Below are positions 7,714-17,900 of a stretch of DNA of 25,831 nucleotides, in pieces. This DNA comes from a virus (lineage: Duplodnaviria > Caudoviricetes), in the IMG/VR virus record IMGVR_UViG_3300008255_000434, positions 1-25,831 of that record. One strand, 5' to 3'. The notes below the pieces were generated by a model. The model saw only the letters and a list, made by a program, of their open reading frames with translations. It made no database searches and was not told where the DNA came from. Every line of letters begins with the position of its first letter. Positions within the stretch are counted from its first letter, which is position 1. Position numbers and translations under genes: made by a program.

Positions 7714-8328
7714 ATGGCATCGAACAGCGAAACCCACGTCGCGAACATGGCGCTTACCGCGCTCGGCAAAAACAACATCAACAGCATTGACGACGCCAAC
7801 AGCCCGTCCGCTGAACTGCTCAAGTCGCACATTGATCAAGCGATCGACGAAGTTCTTGAGATGTACCACTGGCCGGACGCTCGCGCAAAGAAGGCCCTTA
7901 CGCCCACCGGCGCCACCGTGTCCATCGACTGGACCTACGAACACCAGCTTCCATCCGATTACATCGCCGCGAAGTACATCAACGATCAAAGGTATCAGTA
8001 CGAGATCGTCGGGCAGGCCATCCAGAGCCACGACAGCACGGTCAATCTGACCTACACGAAAAAGATCACGGTTGGAGAGATGAGGTCTGCCAGTTTGCGG
8101 AAGGCGCTGGCCTTCGTGCTGGCCCGGCTTGTTGGCCCGAAGCTGTCGGCCGATCAAGACAAGATCCGGCAAGTGAATTCTGACCTTAAGGATCTCGTGG
8201 CTCAGGCTAAAGTCGACAACGCTCGAAAGGAACAGCAAGGCCAGCATCTCGGCGGATCGAGGTTCGTGGACGCACGCCTTGGCCGAGGCACGGGATCGAG
8301 CCGTAGCGGCATCTACCCTGACAGATAA
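7714..8328 (+). CDS. Tail tubular protein A (adaptor, T7 gp11-like)
   Basis: 'ANMAL--LG---I-SID', 'L----W--A', 'W-Y---LPSDY', 'Y-I-G--I', 'AL---LA'. AAGGAG SD. Expected position. Confidence 0.9.
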   Translation: MASNSETHVANMALTALGKNNINSIDDANSPSAELLKSHIDQAIDEVLEMYHWPDARAKKALTPTGATVSIDWTYEHQLPSDYIAAKYINDQRYQYEIVGQAIQSHDSTVNLTYTKKITVGEMRSASLRKALAFVLARLVGPKLSADQDKIRQVNSDLKDLVAQAKVDNARKEQQGQHLGGSRFVDARLGRGTGSSRSGIYPDR

Positions 8329-11300
8329 TGGGCATCAACGTAAAGACAGTCCAAACGTCGTTCACTTCCGGCGAATGGTCGGCGAAGGGTCGCGCGCGGT
8401 CCGACCTTGAGAAGTACGGCAATTCTGTCGAGATGATGCGCAATATGGTTCCAATGGTGCAGGGCGGCACCACGCGGCGCGGCGGAACCCAAGGCAACAT
8501 CGAGGCGAAGGTTCGGACCGAGCCGGTTCGGATTCTGGGCTTTGAATACAACGTATCTCAGACGTACATCATCGAGCTTGGCGGCGGGTACACGCGGTTC
8601 ATTCGCGATCGCGCCCAACTTGAATCCGCAGGCAGTCCCTACGAGATCTCGTCGCCATACCTGTCCGGGCAGGTGTTCGGCGTTCGATATGCGCAGTCGG
8701 CCGATGTCTTGTTCTCGGTGTATCCTCTTGTTCGACCTTACGAACTTCGGCGGCTCGCCGATACGAACTGGCAATGGGTTGCGTTCGACTTTGAAGACGG
8801 GCCGTATCTCGACACCAACTCGACGGCGGTAACGCTTGCCTTGTCCGGCACTTCTGGCAGCGTGAACGTGACGGCATCGGCCATCACCGCGATCAACAAC
8901 GGGGAAGGGTTTAAGACCACCGACATCGGCAGGCTGATCCGGTGGAAAGATCCGGCGGGCAACTGGACTTGGCTTGAGATTACGGCGTGGACCAGCACGA
9001 CGGTCGTTGTCGCAACGATACGAGGCCCCAACGCTTCGGCAGGCACGGCGACGGCGAGTTGGCGGCTCGGCGCGTGGTCTGATACGACCGGGTGGCCTGA
9101 AGTTATTACGTTCCATCAGGGGCGGCTTTGGTTTGCCGCAACGAACGGCAGCTACGACGCACAGCCACAAACGGTCTGGTCGTCAAACTCCGACGATTTT
9201 ACAAACTTCGCACCGTCTGCGACAGACGGAACCGTATCCGATGCAAACTCGATTGTTCGCACACTCAGCGACAGTCAGGTCAACGGCATTCGCGCTATGC
9301 GGTCAGACGATCGGGGCCTGCTGATCTGGACGACGGGCGGCGAATGGGTTGGGTTTTCCGACGGCGGGCTTCACACGCCAAGTGACTTTCGATCGAAGAA
9401 GCAGTCTCGGAACGGATCGACTGATCTTGTTCAGCCGGTCGAGGCGGGCGATGCGTACCTGTATTTTCAGCGAGCAGGCAAGAACCTGCACGAACTGGTA
9501 TTCAGCTTTGAAACCGATCGGTTTCGGTCGCCCGATCTGTCGATCCTGTCGGAGCATATGTTTAGCTCGCAGGTTGCGGATATGGCGTTCCAGCGAATGC
9601 CCGACCGCGTGCTTTGGGTCGTATTGGGAGACGGCTCGCTTCTGAGTCTGACCTACCGACGCGATGAAGATGTCGTCGCGTGGGCGAAGCATACGATCGG
9701 CGGCTCGCTCTGCGTCGTGGGCTCCGGTGGCGATGCTACCGTCGAGCCGGCTCCGTTCATGCCGACACAGGCATACGTGTACCTCACGGGGTCATCGAAC
9801 CTTGAGAAGTTTGATTTGCTGAGTGGCGCAAGCCAGTGGTCGCAAACTCTTGGCGGCCTCGCTGGCGCAATTGACGTGAGCAAGGACGCCGATGTGCTGG
9901 CGGTCCCTCTGCACAGCGGTGTAAGCACAAGGCTTCTGACCGTTCGGCGAAAGTCTGACGGCGTAGAAACACAATCTCAATACGACTTCATCAACAGCAA
10001 TCCGAATTCTGTATGGATTCTGCCGAGCAATCTGTTCGTGATCGGCATGACGCATGTTCCGCCGATTTTCTGGGTCCATCGGTATGACCCGAGCGATTCG
10101 ACCCGGACCTACGCCGTCGCTGCGAACGGCGCCACGACGCACCGAAGCAACGACACGTTTTTCGACAGGCCCAGGAACCTTGTTTATGCGTGCGTACAGA
10201 CGTCCGGCGCGTCTTTTTACGTGGCCCGTTACGACATGCTTGCCCCCGATGGCACCGCCGCGCAGGCCAGCGAAGATCAGTTCGTAGATGCAGACCTGGC
10301 CAATTCGACTTCGTATGCCGTGTTCGCTGATGGCGACTACGTGATTGTGAGCGTGTTTCGCCAAGTTGGCGCTGTGAGCGGGCGAACGTTCAATCTTGTT
10401 TGCTATGACAAAGGCACGAAGGCGAAGTTGTGGGACACGGACATCACGACATTCGACACCGCCAACGTCATCCGCGAAGACCCGACCGACACGGGGTACG
10501 TGTGGATTGCCACTGACGAAAAGGTCAACAACAACCCGACGTTGTACAAGGTGAGTAAGGCTGACGGCTCTGTGGCGGACTCTGTTGCTGTGTGGGGTGG
10601 TAGTCACATTCGCGGTCTGTCGGTCGGGGATCGGTGGGTTGCCGCAATGACTGCGGGAGGCCTTTGCTTCGCCTACGAGAAGGGCGACCTTTCGACGAAC
10701 ATCGCGCACGCGGATGTCAAGATCGCCGGCGGCGGCGGTAATGTTGGGCTCTTCATTGAAGAAACCCCGCTACCGATCACGGATTCGCCTGTCGCGTTCT
10801 ACGGCGATGCGGACTTCTGCGATTCCACAGTGGGGTCTGTCGCCACGATACCGAAGTCCAACGGCAGCGACGAAGTTTGGCTGCTTGTGAAGCGGCGAAC
10901 CGCAGACGGCAAGGTTCGACAGTTCATTGAGTACATCACCGATCCGTTCGACATCAACGGAAGCCTGGAAGACGCGATCCACGTCGATGCCAGTGTGTCT
11001 TATGACGGCGCGGCCACGACCACGATCAGCGTCCCGCACCTTGAAGGACAGGACGTTCAGATCCTTGCGGATGGCAAGGTCCATCCGTCAAAGAAGGTCG
11101 GAGGCGGCGGCACGCTTACGCTGGAATATGAGGCGACGAAGGTTGTCGTGGGGCTGCCCTACCTGGCCCGATGCCTGACTCAGCCGGTCGTCCCCGGCCG
11201 TGCGCCGTTTGATCCGCGCGACCGGTTCATGAAGGCGGCGCATGTTGACGTTCATGTCCTGAACTCCTGTTATTTCAAATACGGGGAGAAGGACAAGGCG

Positions 11301-11498
11301 ACTTACGTCTGGACCAGCCAAAAGGGCGGCGTGCCGCTGTTTGGTGGTGCGCCGCTGTTCACTGGCCGAGCGGAGCCCGACAGCGGATACGCAGAGGCGT
11401 CCGAGACGTTGCAGCTTGATATCCAGATTGACGTGCCCCTGCCGCTTACGATTCTTCAGATCGGCATCGATGTCGAGATCGGCGGTAATGCCCATTGA
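8328..11498 (+). CDS. Tail tubular protein B (nozzle, T7 gp12/P22 gp10-like) with large internal insertion
   Basis: 'QTSFTSGE-S----RSDL-KY', 'QGG-TRR-GT', 'YAQSADV', 'GWP--ITFHQGRLWFA', 'T-GGEW', 'DLSILSEH', 'V-AWAKH', 'HLEGQ-V-ILADG', 'PLPLTIL'. 1056 aa. Confidence 0.92.
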   Translation: MGINVKTVQTSFTSGEWSAKGRARSDLEKYGNSVEMMRNMVPMVQGGTTRRGGTQGNIEAKVRTEPVRILGFEYNVSQTYIIELGGGYTRFIRDRAQLESAGSPYEISSPYLSGQVFGVRYAQSADVLFSVYPLVRPYELRRLADTNWQWVAFDFEDGPYLDTNSTAVTLALSGTSGSVNVTASAITAINNGEGFKTTDIGRLIRWKDPAGNWTWLEITAWTSTTVVVATIRGPNASAGTATASWRLGAWSDTTGWPEVITFHQGRLWFAATNGSYDAQPQTVWSSNSDDFTNFAPSATDGTVSDANSIVRTLSDSQVNGIRAMRSDDRGLLIWTTGGEWVGFSDGGLHTPSDFRSKKQSRNGSTDLVQPVEAGDAYLYFQRAGKNLHELVFSFETDRFRSPDLSILSEHMFSSQVADMAFQRMPDRVLWVVLGDGSLLSLTYRRDEDVVAWAKHTIGGSLCVVGSGGDATVEPAPFMPTQAYVYLTGSSNLEKFDLLSGASQWSQTLGGLAGAIDVSKDADVLAVPLHSGVSTRLLTVRRKSDGVETQSQYDFINSNPNSVWILPSNLFVIGMTHVPPIFWVHRYDPSDSTRTYAVAANGATTHRSNDTFFDRPRNLVYACVQTSGASFYVARYDMLAPDGTAAQASEDQFVDADLANSTSYAVFADGDYVIVSVFRQVGAVSGRTFNLVCYDKGTKAKLWDTDITTFDTANVIREDPTDTGYVWIATDEKVNNNPTLYKVSKADGSVADSVAVWGGSHIRGLSVGDRWVAAMTAGGLCFAYEKGDLSTNIAHADVKIAGGGGNVGLFIEETPLPITDSPVAFYGDADFCDSTVGSVATIPKSNGSDEVWLLVKRRTADGKVRQFIEYITDPFDINGSLEDAIHVDASVSYDGAATTTISVPHLEGQDVQILADGKVHPSKKVGGGGTLTLEYEATKVVVGLPYLARCLTQPVVPGRAPFDPRDRFMKAAHVDVHVLNSCYFKYGEKDKATYVWTSQKGGVPLFGGAPLFTGRAEPDSGYAEASETLQLDIQIDVPLPLTILQIGIDVEIGGNAH

Positions 11499-11935
11499 TC
11501 CGAACCGAAGACCTTCGGGAACATCACTTTGGCCTGATCGACCTGCAATCGCGGCAGATCGGCGAATGGGATCCTGAAAACGCTGCGCGTCTGGCTTCTG
11601 TGTCGTCGGGTGAGTGCGTGTTTTGCGGCGATGATGCGCTGCTTGTGGCCGGTGTCGTGCCGATACACGACGGATGCGCCCGCGCTTGGGCGATGGTCGC
11701 TGAGGGCGTGTCCGCAAGGCAGTACGTAGAATTGAGTGGCGTCGTCATCCGGTTCCTTGATAAGATCCAACGCGACCCACTGTTCCGGCGCGTCGAAACC
11801 GTGTGTCAATCATCGCGACCGGAATTCGGCAGATGGGCACGGCATCTTGGATTCCAATTCGAGGGCGTCATGCGGTGCTACGATAAGATGGGCAGGGACT
11901 TCGACTTGTATGCGAGGATCACCGATGTCTGCTGA
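11495..11935 (+). CDS. GNAT-fold / T7 gp13-like tail assembly protein
   Basis: TTG start overlapping the nozzle stop (TTGA). 'G-A-AW', 'RRVE--C', 'RWARHLGFQFEG-MR-Y---G-D--LYAR' is a GNAT-like C-terminal motif. Confidence 0.8.
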   Translation: MIRTEDLREHHFGLIDLQSRQIGEWDPENAARLASVSSGECVFCGDDALLVAGVVPIHDGCARAWAMVAEGVSARQYVELSGVVIRFLDKIQRDPLFRRVETVCQSSRPEFGRWARHLGFQFEGVMRCYDKMGRDFDLYARITDVC

Positions 11936-12398
11936 TTTCACGTCAACCGATCTAATGGCGCTGGGAACGCTCGGGTCAACGGCAGCGGGCATTGCTGGGG
12001 CTTACGCGGCGTTTGAGTCCGATCGGTTCAAGGCGAGCATTGAGCGGCGGAACGCCCGCGCGGCCCTTCAGGCTGGTCAGTCGACCGCTGAGCGGCTTGC
12101 CAGGGATCGGAGCCGGAGGCTCGGTCGTCTGCGTGCGCTCGCCGCTGCTGGCGGCACGACCGGCGGCTCGATCTTGGAAGTGGAAGCCGACGAAACGGCG
12201 GAGGCCGCCCTGGATGTAGCGACTGTCCGCAGGAACGCAACGCTCTCGGCCCAGGGCTCGCGTATCGCCGCCGATGCCTTCCGTCGCCGTGGTGAGGGCC
12301 GGTTGATCGCGGGTATTGGACGCAGCGCGTCGACGTTCCTTGGCGATTTGAACACGATCAACCGCGCTGGCGGGTCGAACGTTCTGAGGGTCAGATAA
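11925..12398 (+). CDS. Small internal virion (ejection) protein, T7 gp14-like
   Basis: ATG 11925 with GAGGA SD. Hydrophobic Ala/Gly N-terminus, 'G--RA--AA-G---GS' motif. First of three internal-protein genes. Confidence 0.8.
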   Translation: MSADFTSTDLMALGTLGSTAAGIAGAYAAFESDRFKASIERRNARAALQAGQSTAERLARDRSRRLGRLRALAAAGGTTGGSILEVEADETAEAALDVATVRRNATLSAQGSRIAADAFRRRGEGRLIAGIGRSASTFLGDLNTINRAGGSNVLRVR

Positions 12399-14920
12399 TG
12401 AGCAGGCTTGGCGGGATCAACGTTGTATCTGACACCGCCCGGACCCTGGCGCTTCCCCCTCGTCAGTCCCAGGGGCAGGTCCGGTCTCCTTCCGACCAGG
12501 GCGGCGCGGCGGCTGGCTTTGCCGCAGCCGGGCAAGCCCTTGGCGAAGCGGTGGAGCGGATCGGTGCCATCCAGCTTCAGGCTGAGCGCTCGCAGAAGTT
12601 AATCGACGCCCAGAGCAAAATCACGCAAGGCGTTGAAGATGCCCGTCAGGCCGCAATGGAGCATACGGATCCGGCCGAGATGGATCGCGTCTACCGCGAG
12701 CAGGTCAACCGCGTCAAAGACCTGTTCATCGAAGAAGAAGACAAAGACCTGATGCTTCAGGTGGACGCAAAGTTTCAGTCCGCGTCCGACCAGGGCTTGC
12801 TGCATGTGAAGCGCGAGGCCGTCAGTCGGCAGATGGACACGAACGCCGTTCGCCTGCAATCCGCAATCGAAACCGAACAGGCCGCATACAGCCGCGCGGT
12901 TCGGGATGGCCGCGATGCCGACGCCGATCTGCACCTTGACAACATCGTCGAGATGGTGCGATCCGGCGCCGGAACGACTCGCGGACTCGAGAATGAGGGC
13001 GCGGTGGAGTCGGTCGTCAAGCGCGCTGTAGATGGCGCCTCGATGCGATCACTCGAAGACCTGATCCGGGAAGACCCCAAGTCGGCAATCCTTGCCCTGA
13101 GCCTCGACGCCGACGCGAACCCGTTCAGCGACTTGCCGGACGACGTGCTGGAAAAGGCGAGGGCGCGGGCCGAGCAATCACGTATCGGCGAGCTTCGTGA
13201 ATCCGTGGCCCAGCGTCGCCGCTTTGATCCGCAGGGTCTTTTGGCCGACATTCGCTCTGGGCTTGGGTCTGAGGTTCCTGAGTATCAGGCCAGCACGATC
13301 AAGTCGCTTGAGGCCGAGTTGAAAGCTCGCGGCCTTGAGGAATTGAGCCAGAGCAAGGCCGCTGACCAGAAGATCGCCGACGACATCTTCGTCAACGCAA
13401 GCCGGCTGTTCTCGGGTCAGACGCCCCCGCCGTCGATTGTCGAGGTTCAGGATCTCAAGGACGCTGCCGCCGGGATCCAGGATGCAAAGATGAGATTGAG
13501 TCTCACGAACGGCATCGAGGAACGGTTTCACCAGCACAACGCCGCGGAATATGAACGAGAGATCCTTGCCGCGCAGCGTGGGGAAGCGACGTTGCCATCG
13601 GTGCAGCAGATCGAATCTGATGTCGACACCGGCCACCTGGATCGTGGCCGCGCGAACCTGTTGGTCGGAAAGATCCAGGCCGCGTCGATGCGTGCGAACT
13701 CGATGGAGGCGAAGATCGCTAGGATCGAAGGGGCGCATCTGGCCCGCGTGCCCGTTTTTGACCGAAGCGGCATGCAGGACGCCGCCGATGTCTACTTCAG
13801 ACGTCTGACGCAGGAGATTCCTCACACGCCCGAGGGCACGGCTCAGCGGTACAGCGTTGCCGTAGACATGGCAATGAACTCCGGCGTCATGCCGACGATG
13901 CTTCAGACCACCATACGCGCCGGTCTGCGTTCGGACAGGTCGGACGCTATCGCCCAGTCCGTGAGCTTCATGGAGAACCTGCGCACCACCGACCGGCTTG
14001 CTTACGAGCAATACTTCACCGATGACGAGCGGAAGCTTGCTGTGGGCATCTCGACGGTAACCAACATTCGTCCGGAGGATGCGGCGACATCCGACTTTGA
14101 CATCGCGCCGATTCGAGACAGGGTTGCGAATGCGATCAACCCCAAAGATCCGGCGACCGGTCAGTTCATCAAGAACAATCGCACCCGAATTGCTGCGGCG
14201 GCCGATGAAGCGTTGATCCAGATGGTTCGGGACGAATTCCACATAAACCTTGACGACAAGACGCAAAGAGGCCTTCAGTTGGACAAGGACGCGGCGCTTG
14301 AGAAGTTGCCCAAGAACCTTCGGACCCGGTTCCACGCGGCCGTGATGGACATGGTTGCGGGAGGCAACACTGACATCGAGCTTGCGAAGGCGTTTGCTGT
14401 CGAGCAGTTCGGTCGAAAAATCGGCAAGATGGGCCTTGGATCTGACAGCGACCGGATCGTATTCAATTCACCGCTGAAGGTGTTCGGCAATCCAAACTTC
14501 GGCAAGACCGATATGGAATTTCAGGCCGTCCAGGATTTAGGCGATGCGATCCAGGCGGGCGAAGTCGTGTTTCCGGAAGAAGTGTCTGGGCCGATTTCAA
14601 AGCTGAATGTGGGCGTGTTCCGGTCGAAGATTCGGCTTGATCCAGACCCGGTTGACACCAGCCGACCCGCGTATCAGATGAGTTGGGTCGACGACCAGGG
14701 TATTCCGCACCCGATCTTCCATTCGTCGGGCAAGCGGTATCTGTGGTTCCCAGACTACGAATCCAGCCCCAAGGCGGTGAGCGACAGATCGGCGCAGGCC
14801 GTTCGCGATCGCGAGACCAGCAAGCGGCTGCGCGATATCGAGTCGGGGAAAAAACGACCCTCGCTGAAAGACTCGATGCGCGTTGGGATTTCCCCGCTGT
14901 TTGAATTGTTTCAACCGTAA
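12398..14920 (+). CDS. Internal virion (ejection) protein, gp15-like position (840 aa)
   Basis: TAATG coupling. Long, predominantly helical, Ala/Asp/Glu/Arg-rich. N-terminal 'G---AG-ALG' segment typical of these proteins. Confidence 0.7.
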   Translation: MSRLGGINVVSDTARTLALPPRQSQGQVRSPSDQGGAAAGFAAAGQALGEAVERIGAIQLQAERSQKLIDAQSKITQGVEDARQAAMEHTDPAEMDRVYREQVNRVKDLFIEEEDKDLMLQVDAKFQSASDQGLLHVKREAVSRQMDTNAVRLQSAIETEQAAYSRAVRDGRDADADLHLDNIVEMVRSGAGTTRGLENEGAVESVVKRAVDGASMRSLEDLIREDPKSAILALSLDADANPFSDLPDDVLEKARARAEQSRIGELRESVAQRRRFDPQGLLADIRSGLGSEVPEYQASTIKSLEAELKARGLEELSQSKAADQKIADDIFVNASRLFSGQTPPPSIVEVQDLKDAAAGIQDAKMRLSLTNGIEERFHQHNAAEYEREILAAQRGEATLPSVQQIESDVDTGHLDRGRANLLVGKIQAASMRANSMEAKIARIEGAHLARVPVFDRSGMQDAADVYFRRLTQEIPHTPEGTAQRYSVAVDMAMNSGVMPTMLQTTIRAGLRSDRSDAIAQSVSFMENLRTTDRLAYEQYFTDDERKLAVGISTVTNIRPEDAATSDFDIAPIRDRVANAINPKDPATGQFIKNNRTRIAAAADEALIQMVRDEFHINLDDKTQRGLQLDKDAALEKLPKNLRTRFHAAVMDMVAGGNTDIELAKAFAVEQFGRKIGKMGLGSDSDRIVFNSPLKVFGNPNFGKTDMEFQAVQDLGDAIQAGEVVFPEEVSGPISKLNVGVFRSKIRLDPDPVDTSRPAYQMSWVDDQGIPHPIFHSSGKRYLWFPDYESSPKAVSDRSAQAVRDRETSKRLRDIESGKKRPSLKDSMRVGISPLFELFQP

Positions 14921-14931
14921 AGGCCTGAATA

Positions 14932-17900
14932 ATGCCGTTCGTTTTGCAAGACGACAGGAACGGGGGAACCGCGTTCGACGCAGCGCTGGCGACGTATGTT
15001 CCGCCTGCGCAGATCCGGGACGAAGGCCCCGGCGTAATCGAAACGGCAAAAGCGGCGTTCAGCCAGCACAACTTAATCGCGTCGTGGTTTCAGGACACGT
15101 CTCCGATTGGAGAGCTTGATCCGGAATTCAATCCGTTTGCTGTTCGCGATCCCACTCGGCCATGGGACCGGCAGAATAATCCGTTCGTCCATATTGGTGG
15201 GTACGAGGAGCACCTGAATAGCTTCACGCACGCGCGTAACGCGAACGACCTGGAGCGGATCAGGCAGCAGATCGACCGGGAGAACGAAAACAAAAACACG
15301 CTGGCGGAAGCCGGGTGGGGTGGCATCGCCGCCTCGATTGCTGCGGGCGTGCTTGACCCGACGATCTTCCTTCCCGGCGGCGCTGTTGTGAAGGGCGCGC
15401 GTGGAGTGAAGATACTTGCCACGGCCGGGCGGTTTGCCGCGGCCGGAGCCGCTTCGGTTGCGGTGCAGGAAGCCTTGCTCCACACGACGCAGGAGGCCCG
15501 CACAGTCGAGGAAAGCCGTGATGCTGTGGCTGCTGGCGCTGTGTTGAGCGGTATTTTCGGCGTGATCGCCTCGGGGTTTTCCAAAGCGAAGCTCAACAGA
15601 ACAACGCGGCAACTGGATTCTTATCTTCATCCAAAGCCCGGCGATGTCGACATCACTGCCCCTGGCGCAACGCCAAGGAAGGCGGTTGAAGATATCTGGG
15701 GTGACCTGAGCGATCCCCACTCGATCGAGCGAGCGGAGAAGGTCCTTGGCGAGGCGTACTTTAGGGCCACATCGCCCCGGCTGAGCAACGCCGTGTCCGA
15801 GGCTGAGCCGACGGTGGCGATCAGCGACTTGCTGCATCAGTGGGTCATGCCGAAGGCTGAGGGCGTCAAGCGGCTAGACGCCGAGACATCTACGCGGCTT
15901 CGCGTCGCAGAGGCCGACGTGGCGATAGGCAAGGTCGAAGACCTTTACGTCAACTACCAGACCGGCGGCACGAAGAAGCGAGCCGGATTTTTGAGTCGCG
16001 TAACGCAGCGGTTTGGAAGCGCGGAAGGCAAAGTGTCCTTCGAGAAATTCAACGAGGAAACCGCCAAGGCCCTTCGCCGTACGCGGGAGGAATATATCGG
16101 CGAGGGCGGAATACAAGAGGCATGGGAGGCGGCTGTCATTCTTCGCCGTGAGGTGTTCGACCCGACTGCCAGGGAGCTTGTCAGTCGTGGGTACTTCACG
16201 AAGCAGCTTATCGAAGAAAACCCGAACTACTTCTATCGTATGTACGACAAGGTTAAGCTTTCTGATTCCGGCGAGGCAAAGGAGTTTGTCGACGCGATCA
16301 TCGGTCACCAGTCCGCGAAGGCTCTTGTTAATGGCGTGCCATATGATCGCGCCGCTGCCCGCTCAGAATTGAATGCGGTGGTCAGCCGAATGCTTGAGAC
16401 GGCAGGCGACCACCCCGGAGACTTGCCTTACCGTGGGCCGCTCCTGGCTCGAACGCTCGATGTCCCGGATGTTATCATTGAGCCATGGCTCGTCAGTGAT
16501 GCCGTCCGTGTCACTAAGTATTACTCTCGCGCCGCTTCGTCCGATCTTGAGATCGGCAAGCGTTTCGGGATCATGAAGGTTCTGTCGAAGGCCGATGAAA
16601 CCCTCCCGGAAGATGTCGCGGCCATCCGTGTGGACAAGACGATCGCATCTGTCGCGCTGCGCGATCGAGACAATCGCCTGTATCAGGAGTTCTTGCCAAG
16701 TAAAAAGCTGCAAGCCCGTCTCGATGCGAGAAAAAGACTTGCGCGAAACATCTACGAGGCCAAGACGGACGCAGACGCTCAGGCAATTCTGCGTGAGGCA
16801 GACGTTCAGCTTGCGAAGGAATTCAGCGGCGGCGACATGCCGCTTGCCATTGAGCGGATCGAAGATTGGTACGACACGGCGATTGAGAATGCCAAGGGCG
16901 ATGCAAAGGCGCAGTCGAAGCTGCGCCGTGCAAAGGAGCGGGATCTTCGGAACATCCGGACCATGCGCGACGAGATCCGGGGCACGCTCGGAATCCCGCG
17001 AGACCCCGGCGCGTTGGCTCCGGAGATTCTTCGGAACGGAAGGCAGCTTGCGTATCTTTCTGTGTCCGGGAAGATTGCGATGTCGTCCATGACTGACCTT
17101 GCAATGCCGGTTATGAATTACGGGATCGGGAACGTCTTTCGGTATGCCGTCGTACCGATGCTCAGGTCGTTCAAGAGCAACGTCGCGAAGATGGCAAAGG
17201 ACGAGATCAGGCTTGCAATCGGCGCTGCCGATACCATCACGAACGCGCGGGCAAAGTCGATCAACGGGCTTGCGAATGAAGTTGTGGCGACCGGATCGCA
17301 CGGGCGGTTTGGCAACGCGCTCGACAAGGCAACGCATTATTACTCACTGGCGAATCTGATTGGTCCGTGGAACGCGATTATGGAGAACTATGCTGTGATG
17401 GTGGCGCAGGGGTTCATCATTTCGAATGCGAGAAAAGTTGCGGCGGGTAAGGCCCTTTCACCGAAGACGCTGAAACGGCTGCGTGAGCTTGGACTTGGCG
17501 TTGACCACCTTCGCCGCGCCGGTGCGCAGTTTGAGCAGCACGGCCATGTCGTGGACGGCGTTCGGGAGCCACTTGTGCCCAACACGTCAGCATGGACCGA
17601 TCTCGACATCCGCGAACGGTATCGCGGGGCGCTCAACCGTGCACGGGATCTAAACATTCTGCGAGGCTCGGCAGGCGATCGCCCGAATATTCCGTGGATG
17701 AGCCATGAGGTTCAGGCTTCGATTTTCCAGTTCATGAATTTCTCATTTGCGGCGAACACTCGAATCCTTGCTCGCGGCTTGGTGTACCGGGACGCGGCGA
17801 TCGCATCAGGCGTCCTTGCTTCGACGGCGTTCGGCATGATGGCGGTCGCCATGAAGCGGGCGGCGGACGGGCGGGATCTCCCAGACCCAGGCACGGCCAA

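Noticed and set aside
9711-10820. Intein in the nozzle gene (insert begins near Cys, 'CVVG')
   Set aside because: No C-terminal His-Asn before Cys/Ser/Thr, no TxxH block B, no LAGLIDADG motifs. The repeats look like propeller blades.
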